A DNA stretch of 64,000 nucleotides from an uncultured Gemmatimonadaceae bacterium (lineage in GTDB: Bacteria > Gemmatimonadota > Gemmatimonadetes > Gemmatimonadales > GWC2-71-9). The notes beneath the pieces were generated by a model, which saw nothing but the letters and a program-made list of their open reading frames with translations, was not told the origin of the DNA and did no database searches. Below, piece by piece: positions 38,662 to 47,940 of the stretch. The position numbers and the translations under genes are program-made. Numbering within the stretch: position 1 is the stretch's first letter; each line of letters opens with the position of its first letter. The DNA lies in assembly GCA_964642475.1 (NCBI GenBank), contig CAZXRC010000005.1, positions 68,859 to 132,858 on the forward strand, read 5' to 3'.

Positions 38662-40773
38662 TTACCTCCGGCGTTGCTCTGCGCCCTGGTCGCGGGAGCG
38701 GCCGTGGGACTGGCGTTGCTGCCCGCCACCCGGCGACTGCTGATCCCGTGGGTTCCTTCCCTGGGGCTGATCGCCCGCCGGCTGCTCCCTGCCGGGGGTG
38801 GGGCGTGTGTCACTGGTTGCGGTCGCGAGACCTGCGCCCGCCATTCCCTCACTCCCGTGCTCGACGGCTGCCTGGACCGACACCTTCAGCGCGGCAAAGC
38901 CCTGCCGCGCGAGCGCCGACTGCAACTCGTCCATCCGCCGCTCCAGCTGTCGGGCACTCTCGCCGTCCGGCGGGGTAATCACCGCGCGAACCTGGTCTCC
39001 TACTACGCTCACGCGAATCCGCGTCGGCCGGCCATCCCCGTCACGCACCTGCAGCGTGATCCGGTCGGCACTCCCTGCCGGGCGCTCCGTGTCACTCTCC
39101 GGTTGAGGCAGGTTGCGTGCCTCACGAGTTCCGCCGGTCCCGCTCCCCTCGCTTCCCGACCCGCTCCCCTCGACCGGCCCCGTATTCGAGCCGGAAGCCG
39201 ATGCGGCCGGGGCACTTGGCACCTCGGGCCGCTCCCGGGGTCGGGCCGGCTCCGGCGCCGCCTCGTGCCGCCGCCCAAGCCCCACCGGAGGAAGCTCCTG
39301 CCGGGCGACCGGCAACGTTGGTGCGACCGGCCGTTCCTGGGCCCGACGCGGAAGGGCAATCGGGAGCTCAACCGGAAGTTCTACGCTCCCGGTTCCCGGT
39401 TCCGAGGCAACCACCCTCGGCGCCGGCCGCGGTGGTGTGCTAACCAGCGGCCCGGTCGGCGTCGCGCCTGGCTGGGGGGCCGGTGCGCGAGCCTCGGCCC
39501 GCTCCGGGGACGCTGCCGCGGGCCTCGGGAACAGCGCCGGGCTCATCGGAGCCGCCGTCAGCCGAGCCTCCGGCGGCGGGGCCGGGCGCGGAGACTCGGC
39601 CACCGCCGGGGCGGGATCCGGCGAGTGGCTCGCCGGCGTGACGCTCGGCGGCGCCGCGACCTTCCGCCCCAGCGTGACCTTGAAGTCGGTGACGTTCAGT
39701 CCATCCATGATCTCGGCCAGCTGGCTGGCCAGCCGGGCGTTCCCCGCCTGGCTCCAATGGTCGAGCGGCTCGCCCGGTAGGGGAGCCGCCGGCGCCGGGT
39801 CCGCCGGCCGCATCGGGGCCGGGGGCGATGTCCCTTCCGGTGCCGCGGGCAGCGGCAGCGGCTCGACCCGGGGCATCATCGGAATCACCACCTGCGGCAA
39901 CTGCATCGGCGGCGCGGCGGCGACATCGAGCTGACGGGGTGGCGCGTCGGCGGCCACTCCCTGGGTCCGGTTTTCGCGCTCCGCCAGGCGTCGGGCCCTG
40001 GGGCGTGCGACCTCGTTAGGCGCGAGCGGGATCTCCGCAGGGGGCGCCGCCACCGGCGCCGGAGCCACCCGGCCGGCTGCCGAGGGCGCTTCGGCACTTG
40101 TCGCCTCGGAGGCAGGCCGTTCCACCGGCATCGCCGGCGGCTCAAGCCGCTCCACCCGTGACGCCACCGTCTTCACCGACGGCGGTTCGCTCCGCGGGGG
40201 CGACGGCACCGCCTCGGCGCGCGCCGGCGAGGCCTGTCGCTCGGGCACGCTCGGAAGGGTCGGCTCGGTCTCGCCGACGAACCCGGGAATGACGGTCGGG
40301 GTGACCTCGTTCGTCACCGGTGCGGCGGGGCGCTCGCGCAGCTGGTGAGGAGTGGCCGGCACGGAGGATGAGACGTCCAGCCTGGGCGGCCTCGGGTCAC
40401 CCTGATCGATGTGGGGCGGCGCCTTCCCTCGAGTCGCGGGGGCGAGGACCACCGGACGCGCGGTCACCTGATCCACCTCGATCGCCTCACCCAGCTCGAT
40501 CGCCTCGCCACTCACCGGCCGGACGGTTTCGGCCGCCGGCCCGGGTGGCTCTTCAGGCCCGGGCTCGGTCCCCTCACCCGCCTCGTCCTCTCCCCCCTCC
40601 GGCGGCGGCGCCACGACCGGCGCAGGTTCTGGCCCCGGGGGCGGCTGCAGGATCTGAAGCGCGGCCACCAGGGCGGCGAGAAAGGCGGCCGGGTCGTTGA
40701 CTGTCGGCGCTGCGCCCTGGGCCGGCTCGGCCGGGGCCAGCAGACCGAGCGACGAAATCGGGCTGGTCATCAT
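38662..40773 (-). CDS. fliK: Hook-length control protein FliK (Pro/Ala-rich)
   Basis: Start MMTSPIS at 40773. Long low-complexity region. C-terminal ITLQV...[15 protein letters not shown]...LQSALARQG domain. Directly upstream of flgD. Confidence 0.75.
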   Translation of the reverse strand: MMTSPISSLGLLAPAEPAQGAAPTVNDPAAFLAALVAALQILQPPPGPEPAPVVAPPPEGGEDEAGEGTEPGPEEPPGPAAETVRPVSGEAIELGEAIEVDQVTARPVVLAPATRGKAPPHIDQGDPRPPRLDVSSSVPATPHQLRERPAAPVTNEVTPTVIPGFVGETEPTLPSVPERQASPARAEAVPSPPRSEPPSVKTVASRVERLEPPAMPVERPASEATSAEAPSAAGRVAPAPVAAPPAEIPLAPNEVARPRARRLAERENRTQGVAADAPPRQLDVAAAPPMQLPQVVIPMMPRVEPLPLPAAPEGTSPPAPMRPADPAPAAPLPGEPLDHWSQAGNARLASQLAEIMDGLNVTDFKVTLGRKVAAPPSVTPASHSPDPAPAVAESPRPAPPPEARLTAAPMSPALFPRPAAASPERAEARAPAPQPGATPTGPLVSTPPRPAPRVVASEPGTGSVELPVELPIALPRRAQERPVAPTLPVARQELPPVGLGRRHEAAPEPARPRERPEVPSAPAASASGSNTGPVEGSGSGSEGSGTGGTREARNLPQPESDTERPAGSADRITLQVRDGDGRPTRIRVSVVGDQVRAVITPPDGESARQLERRMDELQSALARQGFAALKVSVQAAVEHGSEGMAGAGLATATSDTRPTPGREQPAGDQPQGRNPRDQQSPGGGQQRQSHGRSRDQGAEQRRR

Positions 40774-41309
40774 CCCCCCTCCCTGGGCGCCATGAGACGG
40801 CGGCTCAGACTGGCCGCGCGCTCCTTGGGGAGGTTGGTCATGAAGTCCGCCGCCTGCCGCGGACCCACCGCCCGGAGGATCTGTTCCACCTCCGTGTCGG
40901 AGAGATAGGCCAGCACCTTGGCGGCTTCCGCCGCCTTCATGGCCGAGAGCACCCGGGCCACCTGCTTCACCGCGGCGGTCTTCGCCGCCGGGTCGACGGT
41001 CGCGGCCGTCGGTCGCGGAGCGGGTCTGGCACCTTCCGCGCGGTCCGGTTGGCTGGCCGCGCTCCGGGCCGTGTCGCGCCTGGCGCCCTCGGCGGCCGAA
41101 GGCGCCGTCGCCCCGCTGTCGCCCTTCGCAGCGCCCTTCCCGGCGGGAAGCGAGTCGGCGCGGGCCGCGCCCGAGTCCGACGCGACGCTGTCGGGCGCGG
41201 CGGTGGCGGCGAGCTGGGCCGCCGCGACGCCCCGCTTGACCATGACGGCTGTCGTCCCGCCCAGGGAGACGAGGAACGCCACCGCCGCGAAGATGATCGC
41301 CCGCTTCAT
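40770..41309 (-). CDS. MotE/YlxF-like (MgtE N-terminal-like) flagellar protein
   Basis: N-terminal TM, VARVLSAMKAAEAAKVL...IL...AADFMTNLPKERAA. Position after fliJ. Confidence 0.7.
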   Translation of the reverse strand: MKRAIIFAAVAFLVSLGGTTAVMVKRGVAAAQLAATAAPDSVASDSGAARADSLPAGKGAAKGDSGATAPSAAEGARRDTARSAASQPDRAEGARPAPRPTAATVDPAAKTAAVKQVARVLSAMKAAEAAKVLAYLSDTEVEQILRAVGPRQAADFMTNLPKERAASLSRRLMAPREGG

Positions 41310-41755
41310 TCCTGCTCCTTCGCGCCGTGGCTCCGCTGGCCGGCCTCATCGTTGAGCCCCTGCTCCACCCGATTGGCCTCCACCCCCCAGGCTTCGCGCC
41401 GATGCTCCCGCAGCCGCTCGATCACCCGGCGGGCGACCCGCGCCTGTTCGAACAGCGACCGCTCCTGGTCCACCTTCTCGAGGCTCCGGGCGTGGGTGTC
41501 CTCCAGCGATCGGGCCTGCCCCGCCAACATCTCGACCGAAAGCTCCAGGTTGCGGAGCGTTCCCGCCTGGTTGAGCTCGGTCGGGGTGGAGGTGAGCTGG
41601 CCGCGGGCCTCTTCCAGCCGTCGCTGACTCCGCCGGAGCGCCTCGCGCCGGGCCTCCTCCTCGCGGAGCGCCTCCCCCAGCTGGCGGGCCCGCTCCTTCT
41701 CGGCCGCTTCCCGCAGCTGCAGCAGCCGCTCGAGGCGGAAGGAGAACTGTTTCAT
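41306..41755 (-). CDS. fliJ: Export protein FliJ
   Basis: FSFRLERLLQLRE, coiled coil, ARVARRVIERLRE, EQGLNDE. Confidence 0.9.
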   Translation of the reverse strand: MKQFSFRLERLLQLREAAEKERARQLGEALREEEARREALRRSQRRLEEARGQLTSTPTELNQAGTLRNLELSVEMLAGQARSLEDTHARSLEKVDQERSLFEQARVARRVIERLREHRREAWGVEANRVEQGLNDEAGQRSHGAKEQE

Positions 41756-43080
41756 CTGACCTTCTGCGCCAGCGCCGCCAGGCGGAGGCGGGCCTCATCG
41801 AAGGTGGTGGGCTCCTCCGGCCGCTGGCGGAGGTAGCTCTGGAGTTCCTCGCGGAGCTGAATCGCCGCGTCGGCCAGCTTGTCGGTACCCGGCTTGTACG
41901 CCCCCACCGCGATCAGGTCCTCGTTGGCCCGATAGGCCGCTTCGAGCCGGAGGAAGGTGTTGGCCGCCTGGAGATGGTCGGGGGTGATCACCGCATCCCG
42001 GACCCGGCTCACGCTGTCGAGCACGTCGATGGCCGGAAAGTGCTTCTGGCCGGCGAGCTTCCGGGTGAGGACGATGTGCCCGTCGAGGATCGAGCGCGCC
42101 GCGTCCGCCACCGGCTCGTTGAAGTCGTCGCCTTCGACCAGCACGGTGTAGAGCCCCGTGATGCTGCCGACCTTCCCGGTGCCGGCCCGCTCGAGGAGCC
42201 GAGGCAGGTGGGCGAAGACCGACGGAGGATACCCCTTGGTGGCCGGCGGCTCGCCGACCGAGAGTCCCATCTCGCGCCAGGCCATGCAGACCCGGGTCAC
42301 CGAGTCCATCATCAGCATCACGTCTTTCCCGGCATCACGGAAATACTCCGCGATGGCGGTGGCGACGAAGGCGCCGGTGGCCCGGATCACCGCCGGCTGG
42401 TCCGAGGTCGCCACCACCACCACCGACCGTCGGAGCCCATCGGGCCCCAGGTCCCGCTCGATGAATTCCCGCACCTCGCGGCCGCGTTCGCCGAGGAGGG
42501 CGATGACGTTGATGTCGGCGGTGGTCCGTCGGGCGATCATGCCCAACAGGACACTCTTGCCCACCCCCGAGCCGGCCATGATGCCGATGCGCTGTCCCCG
42601 GCCCAGGGTGACCAGCCCATCGATGGCGCGAACCCCGGTGCCGAGGGGCCGTTCGATCCGGCTCCGCTCCAGCGGGTGGGGTGGCTCGGCCGAGAGGGCG
42701 TAGCGGGTCGTGATCCCGACGGGGCCGAGCCCGTCGATGGGCCGGCCCAGGCCGTCGATGACCCGACCCACCAGCCCGTCGCCCACCCGCACATCGAGCT
42801 GACGGCGGAGGGGGCGCACCGTGGCGCCGGGATGAATGCCCTCGAGGTCGCCCAGCGGCATGAGCAGGATGCCCCGCTCGTGGAAGCCCACCACCTGGGT
42901 GGTCACCCGGGGACGGCCGTGACTCTCCACCCGGCAGAGTTCGCCCAGCGCCACCTCCAGCGAGGACGCCTCGACCACCTGGCCGATCACCCGGGTCACC
43001 CGGCCATGCACGGCAAAACGGGGCGAGTCCTTCACCCGGCCGAGCGCGGCGGCCACCCGCTGGTGCAGGGGCTCAGTCAT
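41752..43080 (-). CDS. fliI: Export ATPase FliI
   Basis: AGSGVGKS P-loop, GERGREVREF, GEPPATKGYPPS, SILDGHIVL. Confidence 0.98.
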   Translation of the reverse strand: MTEPLHQRVAAALGRVKDSPRFAVHGRVTRVIGQVVEASSLEVALGELCRVESHGRPRVTTQVVGFHERGILLMPLGDLEGIHPGATVRPLRRQLDVRVGDGLVGRVIDGLGRPIDGLGPVGITTRYALSAEPPHPLERSRIERPLGTGVRAIDGLVTLGRGQRIGIMAGSGVGKSVLLGMIARRTTADINVIALLGERGREVREFIERDLGPDGLRRSVVVVATSDQPAVIRATGAFVATAIAEYFRDAGKDVMLMMDSVTRVCMAWREMGLSVGEPPATKGYPPSVFAHLPRLLERAGTGKVGSITGLYTVLVEGDDFNEPVADAARSILDGHIVLTRKLAGQKHFPAIDVLDSVSRVRDAVITPDHLQAANTFLRLEAAYRANEDLIAVGAYKPGTDKLADAAIQLREELQSYLRQRPEEPTTFDEARLRLAALAQKVR

Positions 43081-43687
43081 CGCGCATCCGGTGGTAGAGG
43101 TCGAGGAGCGCCAGGTCCACCCGGCCGTCCACCACCCGGTGCGGCGTCTCCAGGCTGCAGCCCCCCCGCTCCACCGACGGATCGGGCGTCCACTGGATCT
43201 CGGCGGCGCGCCCGTCGCTTCCCGGCAGCTCGAACTGGCTCCGGAGCGCGGCGAGGTCTTCGGGGTGCAGGTGGATCTCGACTCGCGATCCCACCGGGAA
43301 CGACTCGAGCCCCCGCTTCACCAGGTCGCGGACGATCGAAGGGTCGATGCTGACTTCACGGAGGATCAGATGATGGGCGACGGCGAGGGCCAGCAGGTAG
43401 ACCGAGTCCTCCAGCTCCCGCACCACGCCCAGCCGGGCCGCATCCAGCGCCTCGGCGGTGGAGACCAGCAGGCCGGCGGCCCGTTTGACGGTGCGCTGGG
43501 CCTCCTCCATCCCGGCGGCCTTCCCCGCTTCGTACCCCCGGGTGAAGGCGGCCTGCTCGGTATCGGGCGTAGCGGGTGCCGCGCCCGCCTCGGCCCCGAC
43601 GACCGGCGCCGAGGCCAGGTCGGGGAGCGGCCAGAGGGAGAAGCGGGCGATGCCGGCCCCCGCCGGGGCCTCAGACGATGAGTTCAT
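43073..43687 (-). CDS. fliH: FliH
   Basis: GxxxG repeats, IHLHPEDL, DPSVERGGCSLET...VDG. Confidence 0.92.
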   Translation of the reverse strand: MNSSSEAPAGAGIARFSLWPLPDLASAPVVGAEAGAAPATPDTEQAAFTRGYEAGKAAGMEEAQRTVKRAAGLLVSTAEALDAARLGVVRELEDSVYLLALAVAHHLILREVSIDPSIVRDLVKRGLESFPVGSRVEIHLHPEDLAALRSQFELPGSDGRAAEIQWTPDPSVERGGCSLETPHRVVDGRVDLALLDLYHRMRDD

Positions 43688-44693
43688 CGTCGCCGCCGCG
43701 GCCGCCCAGCACGATCTCGCCGGTCTCTTCCAGCGTGCGGACCGCGGCGATGATGCGGGTCTGCGCCGCCTCGACGTCCTTGACCCGGACGGGACCGAGG
43801 TACTCCATCTCTTCCTGGAGGGCGCCGGCGGCGCGCTCCGACATGTTCTTCATGATGTGCTGCTTGAGCTCGTCGCTCGCGGCCTTCAGGGCCAGCGCCA
43901 GCTCCTTGCTCTCGACGTCGCGCAGGATCCGCTGCATCGACTTGCCGTCGAGCGTGGTCAGGTCTTCGAAGGCGAACATCAGGTTCGAGATCTGCTGGGC
44001 CAGCTCGTGGTTGCGCTGGGTGATCGACTCGATCACCGCCTTCTCCACCGAGCCGCTGGCCAGGGTCAGCACCTTGGCCACCGCCGCCGGCCCGCCGGAC
44101 AGGGTCATCTCCTGCGACAGGGTCAGGTCGGTCTTGCTGGCCAGCCCCTGCTCCACCACCTGCACCATGTCGGGGGCCACCTTCTCCATCTTGGCGACCC
44201 GGTAGAGCACGTCGCCGGCGAGGTCGTTCCCCATCGCCTCGATGACCGTCGCGGCCTGCTTGATGTCGAGGTGCGCCAGGATCAGGGCCAGCGTCTGGGG
44301 GTGTTCGCCCCGAAGCACCGACAGGAGCACCTCCGGCGCGGCCTTCTTGAGCCGCTTGAGCCCGTTGTCGCTGAGCTGTTGCTTGATCTTCTCGAGGATC
44401 ATCCGGGCCCGCTGCGGCCCGAACGAGGACTCCAGGATCTCGTTGGCGCGGTTGATACCGCCCTCCGAGAGCGACTGCACCGCGCGGGCCACCTCGCGGT
44501 ACTCCACCAGCACCCCTTCGACCGTGCGGGTATCGGCCAGCGGCATGGCCGCGATCTCGCGGCTGACCGCTTCGACCTGCTCCGGGCTGAGCATCTGCAT
44601 CACCTTGGACGCGACCTCGGTGCCGATACTCATGCAGAGTACCGCCGCCTTCTGCGCCCCGCTCAGCGTCTCCCGCTCGGTTGCGGTGGCCAT
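43671..44693 (-). CDS. fliG: Rotor protein FliG
   Basis: QKAA, EHPQTLALIL, MFAFEDL, NMSERAA, GPVRVKDVEAAQ. Confidence 0.98.
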   Translation of the reverse strand: MATATERETLSGAQKAAVLCMSIGTEVASKVMQMLSPEQVEAVSREIAAMPLADTRTVEGVLVEYREVARAVQSLSEGGINRANEILESSFGPQRARMILEKIKQQLSDNGLKRLKKAAPEVLLSVLRGEHPQTLALILAHLDIKQAATVIEAMGNDLAGDVLYRVAKMEKVAPDMVQVVEQGLASKTDLTLSQEMTLSGGPAAVAKVLTLASGSVEKAVIESITQRNHELAQQISNLMFAFEDLTTLDGKSMQRILRDVESKELALALKAASDELKQHIMKNMSERAAGALQEEMEYLGPVRVKDVEAAQTRIIAAVRTLEETGEIVLGGRGGDDELIV

Positions 44694-46216
44694 CAGTCTT
44701 CAGCCAGCCAGGTCTTCACCACCTGGGCCGCCATCTCGGGGCGGGCGGTCGACTCGGCGGTCACTTCGTTCTTGAGCCGGGTGGTGGTGGCGCTCAGCTG
44801 GCTCACCTGCACCGGCGGGAGCGGCGGGTCCTCGGCCGCGGGGAGGTTGGCCGGGCCGCCGGCGGACGGCGGGAAACTCGACCCGCCCCCCTCCCCGCCC
44901 GACGGCGACCGCTCGTCCTGCCGCAGCACCTTGAGCGTCAGGATCACGGCCGCGATGATGCCCACCAGGCCGATGGCGGGCCGACTGAACCGGTCCACCA
45001 GGCCCAGGATCCGGTCGCCTCCACTGCCGCCGCCGGGCTGGTTGAGGGAGTCGACGCTGAGGATCGTGGGCTCGAAGGGCATCGCGGTCACCGTGAGCCG
45101 GTCGCCCCGGGTGGTATCGATCCCGATGGCGTCCCGCACCACCTGCTCGTAGCGACCCAGGTCGGTGGCGGTGCCGCCCGCCTTGTCGATCGCCTTCTGG
45201 TCCACCAGCACCGCCACGGTGAGCCGCTGGATCCCCCCCACCGAGCCGGCCACCTTCTCCACTACCCGCGAGTTGAGGTAGGTGTTGTTCACCACCGTAC
45301 TGCTGCCCCCCTCGAGACTGTCGGCCCCGGTCACCTCACTCCGCTGCTCGTTCTGGAGCACCGCCCCATCGGGGTTGTAGGTCTCCACCGTCTTGTCCAC
45401 CTGCTCGAAGTTGAGCTTGGCCGCCACCTGGACCCGCGCGGCCCCGCTCCCCAGCGCCGTGGCCAGGATCCGTTCGGCGTTGTGCTGCAGGTAGTCCTCC
45501 ACCGAGCGCTGCATCTCGAGCTGCCGGGTGGTGAGCCCCCGGACCGACCCGTCGTTCGGGATGGAGAGCAGGCGGCCCTCGCTGTCGAGCACCGCCACCT
45601 GGTCGCTCGGCAGCTGCGGCACCGCGTTGGAGATGATGTAGGTGATCCCCTGGACCGCCTCGGGCGAAAGCGCCCGGCCGCCCTGGAGGGTCAGAACCAC
45701 CGACGCCTTGGCGGGCCGCTCCAGCCGCCGGAGCGGACTCTCGGGCGGCAGGGCCAGGTGGACCGTCGCGTGGTCGACCCCCTCCAGCTCCCCGATGGTC
45801 CGGGCCAGCTCGCCCTCGAGCGCCAGGCGCTCGCGGGTCCGCAGCTCATCCGACGTCAGTCCGATGCTGGGCCGGTCGAAGATCTCGTTGCCGATCTGCC
45901 CGCCCCGGCTGGGAAGCCCGACTTTGGCCAGCGCCACCCGGGCCCGGGCGGCCGAGGCCTCCGCGACCATGATGGTGGTTCCGCCGCCACTGAGCTCGTA
46001 CGGGATGCCCGCCTTCTGGAGGGCGTCGGTCATGCCGGACACCTCCCGGAGGTCGACGCCGGAGTAGAGCGGCACCATCGACGGCGCCGCACCGTACCGG
46101 GTCACCACCCAGATGAGTGCCAGCGCCGCGAGCAGTCCGCCAAAGGTGAGAAAGCGCCTGGTACCGCTCATCCGTCTGACTCCATCGAGCATGGCCGGGG
46201 GAACGGCGTTCGTCAT
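44693..46216 (-). CDS. fliF: MS-ring protein FliF
   Basis: Two TMs, LEGELARTI, VHLALP, ASVVL, RLTVAVLVD. Confidence 0.96.
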   Translation of the reverse strand: MTNAVPPAMLDGVRRMSGTRRFLTFGGLLAALALIWVVTRYGAAPSMVPLYSGVDLREVSGMTDALQKAGIPYELSGGGTTIMVAEASAARARVALAKVGLPSRGGQIGNEIFDRPSIGLTSDELRTRERLALEGELARTIGELEGVDHATVHLALPPESPLRRLERPAKASVVLTLQGGRALSPEAVQGITYIISNAVPQLPSDQVAVLDSEGRLLSIPNDGSVRGLTTRQLEMQRSVEDYLQHNAERILATALGSGAARVQVAAKLNFEQVDKTVETYNPDGAVLQNEQRSEVTGADSLEGGSSTVVNNTYLNSRVVEKVAGSVGGIQRLTVAVLVDQKAIDKAGGTATDLGRYEQVVRDAIGIDTTRGDRLTVTAMPFEPTILSVDSLNQPGGGSGGDRILGLVDRFSRPAIGLVGIIAAVILTLKVLRQDERSPSGGEGGGSSFPPSAGGPANLPAAEDPPLPPVQVSQLSATTTRLKNEVTAESTARPEMAAQVVKTWLAED

Positions 46217-46322
46217 GATCTCGTGTCATCCCGGGGGCTACCGGCCCGAGGCATCCCGGCTGAGGGGTGGCGGCGGCGTCCTTCGCCCGCGCCGTGCGGA
46301 CCCCGGACCGGACCCGCCGGGC

Positions 46323-46625
46323 TCATATCTGCATGTTCATCACCGTGCGGTACGCATCGGTGAGCTTGTTCCGCATTTCGACCAGGAATTCCAGCGCGAT
46401 GCCCGCCTCTTCGCTCGCGGCCATCACCTGGTGCAGCTCCACCGGCTCGCCCCGCACGAACGCCCCGATGATCCGGGTGGCGTCCTCCTGCATCTGCTGA
46501 GTGTCGTTCACCACCCGCGTCAGCGTATCGGCGAACGACGGTCCGCTGGTCGGCGGCTCGAAGCGGTCGAGGACCCGGTCGAGCGGCGTGAACCGCGGGC
46601 CATCGGGACGGATCGGCGAGCTCAT
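46323..46625 (-). CDS. fliE: FliE
   Basis: SFADTL, VELHQVMAA, EMRNKLTDAYRTVMNMQI. Confidence 0.96.
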   Translation of the reverse strand: MSSPIRPDGPRFTPLDRVLDRFEPPTSGPSFADTLTRVVNDTQQMQEDATRIIGAFVRGEPVELHQVMAASEEAGIALEFLVEMRNKLTDAYRTVMNMQI

Positions 46626-46628
46626 GAC

Positions 46629-46919
46629 TCAGCCCCGCACGTCGAGGCGGAGGCCGCGCGGCGCGTCCGGCACCATCCCCGCCCTGCGGCTCGGACCGTA
46701 GGTGATCGGCCCCATCGCCTCGATCTGATCGAAGTAGGCCCGCTCCTCCGCGTTGAGGACCGCCGAAAGCGGAATCCCGCCCGGCGTGGCGGCGCGGACA
46801 CCGCCATCGGCCGGCTCGGCGACCGGCGCGGCCGGCGGACTCACCCGACGGGGCGTGACGCCGTAGGCACTGGCGATACGATGGGCGCCGCCCGCTGGCG
46901 GCAGACCGGAGAGGCTCAT
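46629..46919 (-). CDS. Small hypothetical protein in the basal-body operon
   Basis: 96 aa, tightly packed between flgC and fliE. Ends PRGLRLDVRG. Confidence 0.65.
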   Translation of the reverse strand: MSLSGLPPAGGAHRIASAYGVTPRRVSPPAAPVAEPADGGVRAATPGGIPLSAVLNAEERAYFDQIEAMGPITYGPSRRAGMVPDAPRGLRLDVRG

Positions 46920-46929
46920 GTGGCTGGGC

Positions 46930-47358
46930 TCAGATGTCGATCGCGCGCTTGAGCATCGCCTTGGCCGACTGGAACACCGTGGCGTTGGCTTCGTGCACCC
47001 GTCGCGCGATCATCAGGTCCACGATCTCGGTATTGATGTCGACGTTGGAACGCTTGACGAACCCGTTCGCGTCCGCATCGGGGTGCCCCGGGTCGTAGTC
47101 CTCGCTCCCCGGACGGGTGTCCTGCACCACCTCGGCCGCCTTCACACCGCCGGTTCCGTCCGGCTGGAAGACCACCACCTTGCGCCGGTACGCCCCCCCC
47201 TCGGGGGTGCGGGTGGTCTCGGCGTTGGAGATGTTCTGCGAGATCACGTCGAGCGCTTTGCTCATCGCGCCCATGCCGCCGCCGCTGATCCCCAACGGCC
47301 GCAGCAGGGACCGAACCGGTCGGGGCGGCCAGTTCGACGCGCCGAAGATTCTAGCCAT
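46930..47358 (-). CDS. flgC: Proximal rod protein FlgC
   Basis: Start MARIF at 47358. LDVISQNISNAETTRTPEGGAYRRK, YDPGHPDAD, SNVD. Confidence 0.95.
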   Translation of the reverse strand: MARIFGASNWPPRPVRSLLRPLGISGGGMGAMSKALDVISQNISNAETTRTPEGGAYRRKVVVFQPDGTGGVKAAEVVQDTRPGSEDYDPGHPDADANGFVKRSNVDINTEIVDLMIARRVHEANATVFQSAKAMLKRAIDI

Positions 47359-47644
47359 TGTTCTTGATCGCCGACCGGAGGCCCTGGTAGGCCTGCTGCA
47401 GCAGCTTGGCGCTGGCATCGTAGCGAAGCTGGGTGCTGGCGAGGTCCACCATCTCCTTTTCCAGGTCCACCTTGGGCGCCGCCTGGCCGCGATCGGCCAG
47501 CGCCTGGTCGAAGTCGGTATTGCCGCTCGACTCGAGCGCACCGGCCACCCGCGCCGCGATGCCTTTGTGCGCGGTACTGGAGTCATCCAGACTCCAGCGC
47601 AGGTTGCCGATCCGGGTCTGGGCCCCGAAGAGCGCAGAAAACAT
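47351..47644 (-). CDS. flgB: Proximal rod protein FlgB (divergent, short)
   Basis: First gene before flgC. C-terminal VDLEKEMVDLASTQLRYDA. N-terminal NIAN motif absent. Confidence 0.75.
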   Translation of the reverse strand: MFSALFGAQTRIGNLRWSLDDSSTAHKGIAARVAGALESSGNTDFDQALADRGQAAPKVDLEKEMVDLASTQLRYDASAKLLQQAYQGLRSAIKNNG

Positions 47645-47677
47645 GTCCGCCTCGATGGAAGTGTCCGCTGGGGGGAA

Positions 47678-47693
47678 AGCAATCGGAGGGCCA
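47678..47693 (-). promoter_or_regulatory. sigma54 promoter of the flgB operon
   Basis: Minus strand TGGCCCT-CCGA-TTGCT, correct spacing, about 35 nt upstream of flgB. Confidence 0.72.
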
Positions 47694-47940
47694 AACCGGG
47701 CGAGGGGTCAGGCGTGGGGGGCCAAGATGTTGTGGATCAACGGATTGTCCGCTTGCGGCGGGCGCGGAGGAAGCGTGAGACCGAGTACCGGGGCGGCAGA
47801 GGTGGGAGGTGGAGCTGGCAGTTCTTTCCGGTTGAGCGGTGAACTCACCGATGCCGGCACCTCACAACATCTGCAGGTGAGGCCCGGCCGTCTTCAGACA
47901 CTCCAACGAGGATGCAGGGGACCCGAGGGTGAGGGGGGCC

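Noticed and set aside
40478-40512. 18-nt direct repeat in fliK ([12 protein letters not shown])
   Set aside because: A minor in-frame duplication within a low-complexity linker.
40774-41349. N-terminal extension of the 895-aa ORF 38662..41349
   Set aside because: It overlaps the MotE-like gene in another frame. An RBS and ATG at 40773 give a better FliK start.
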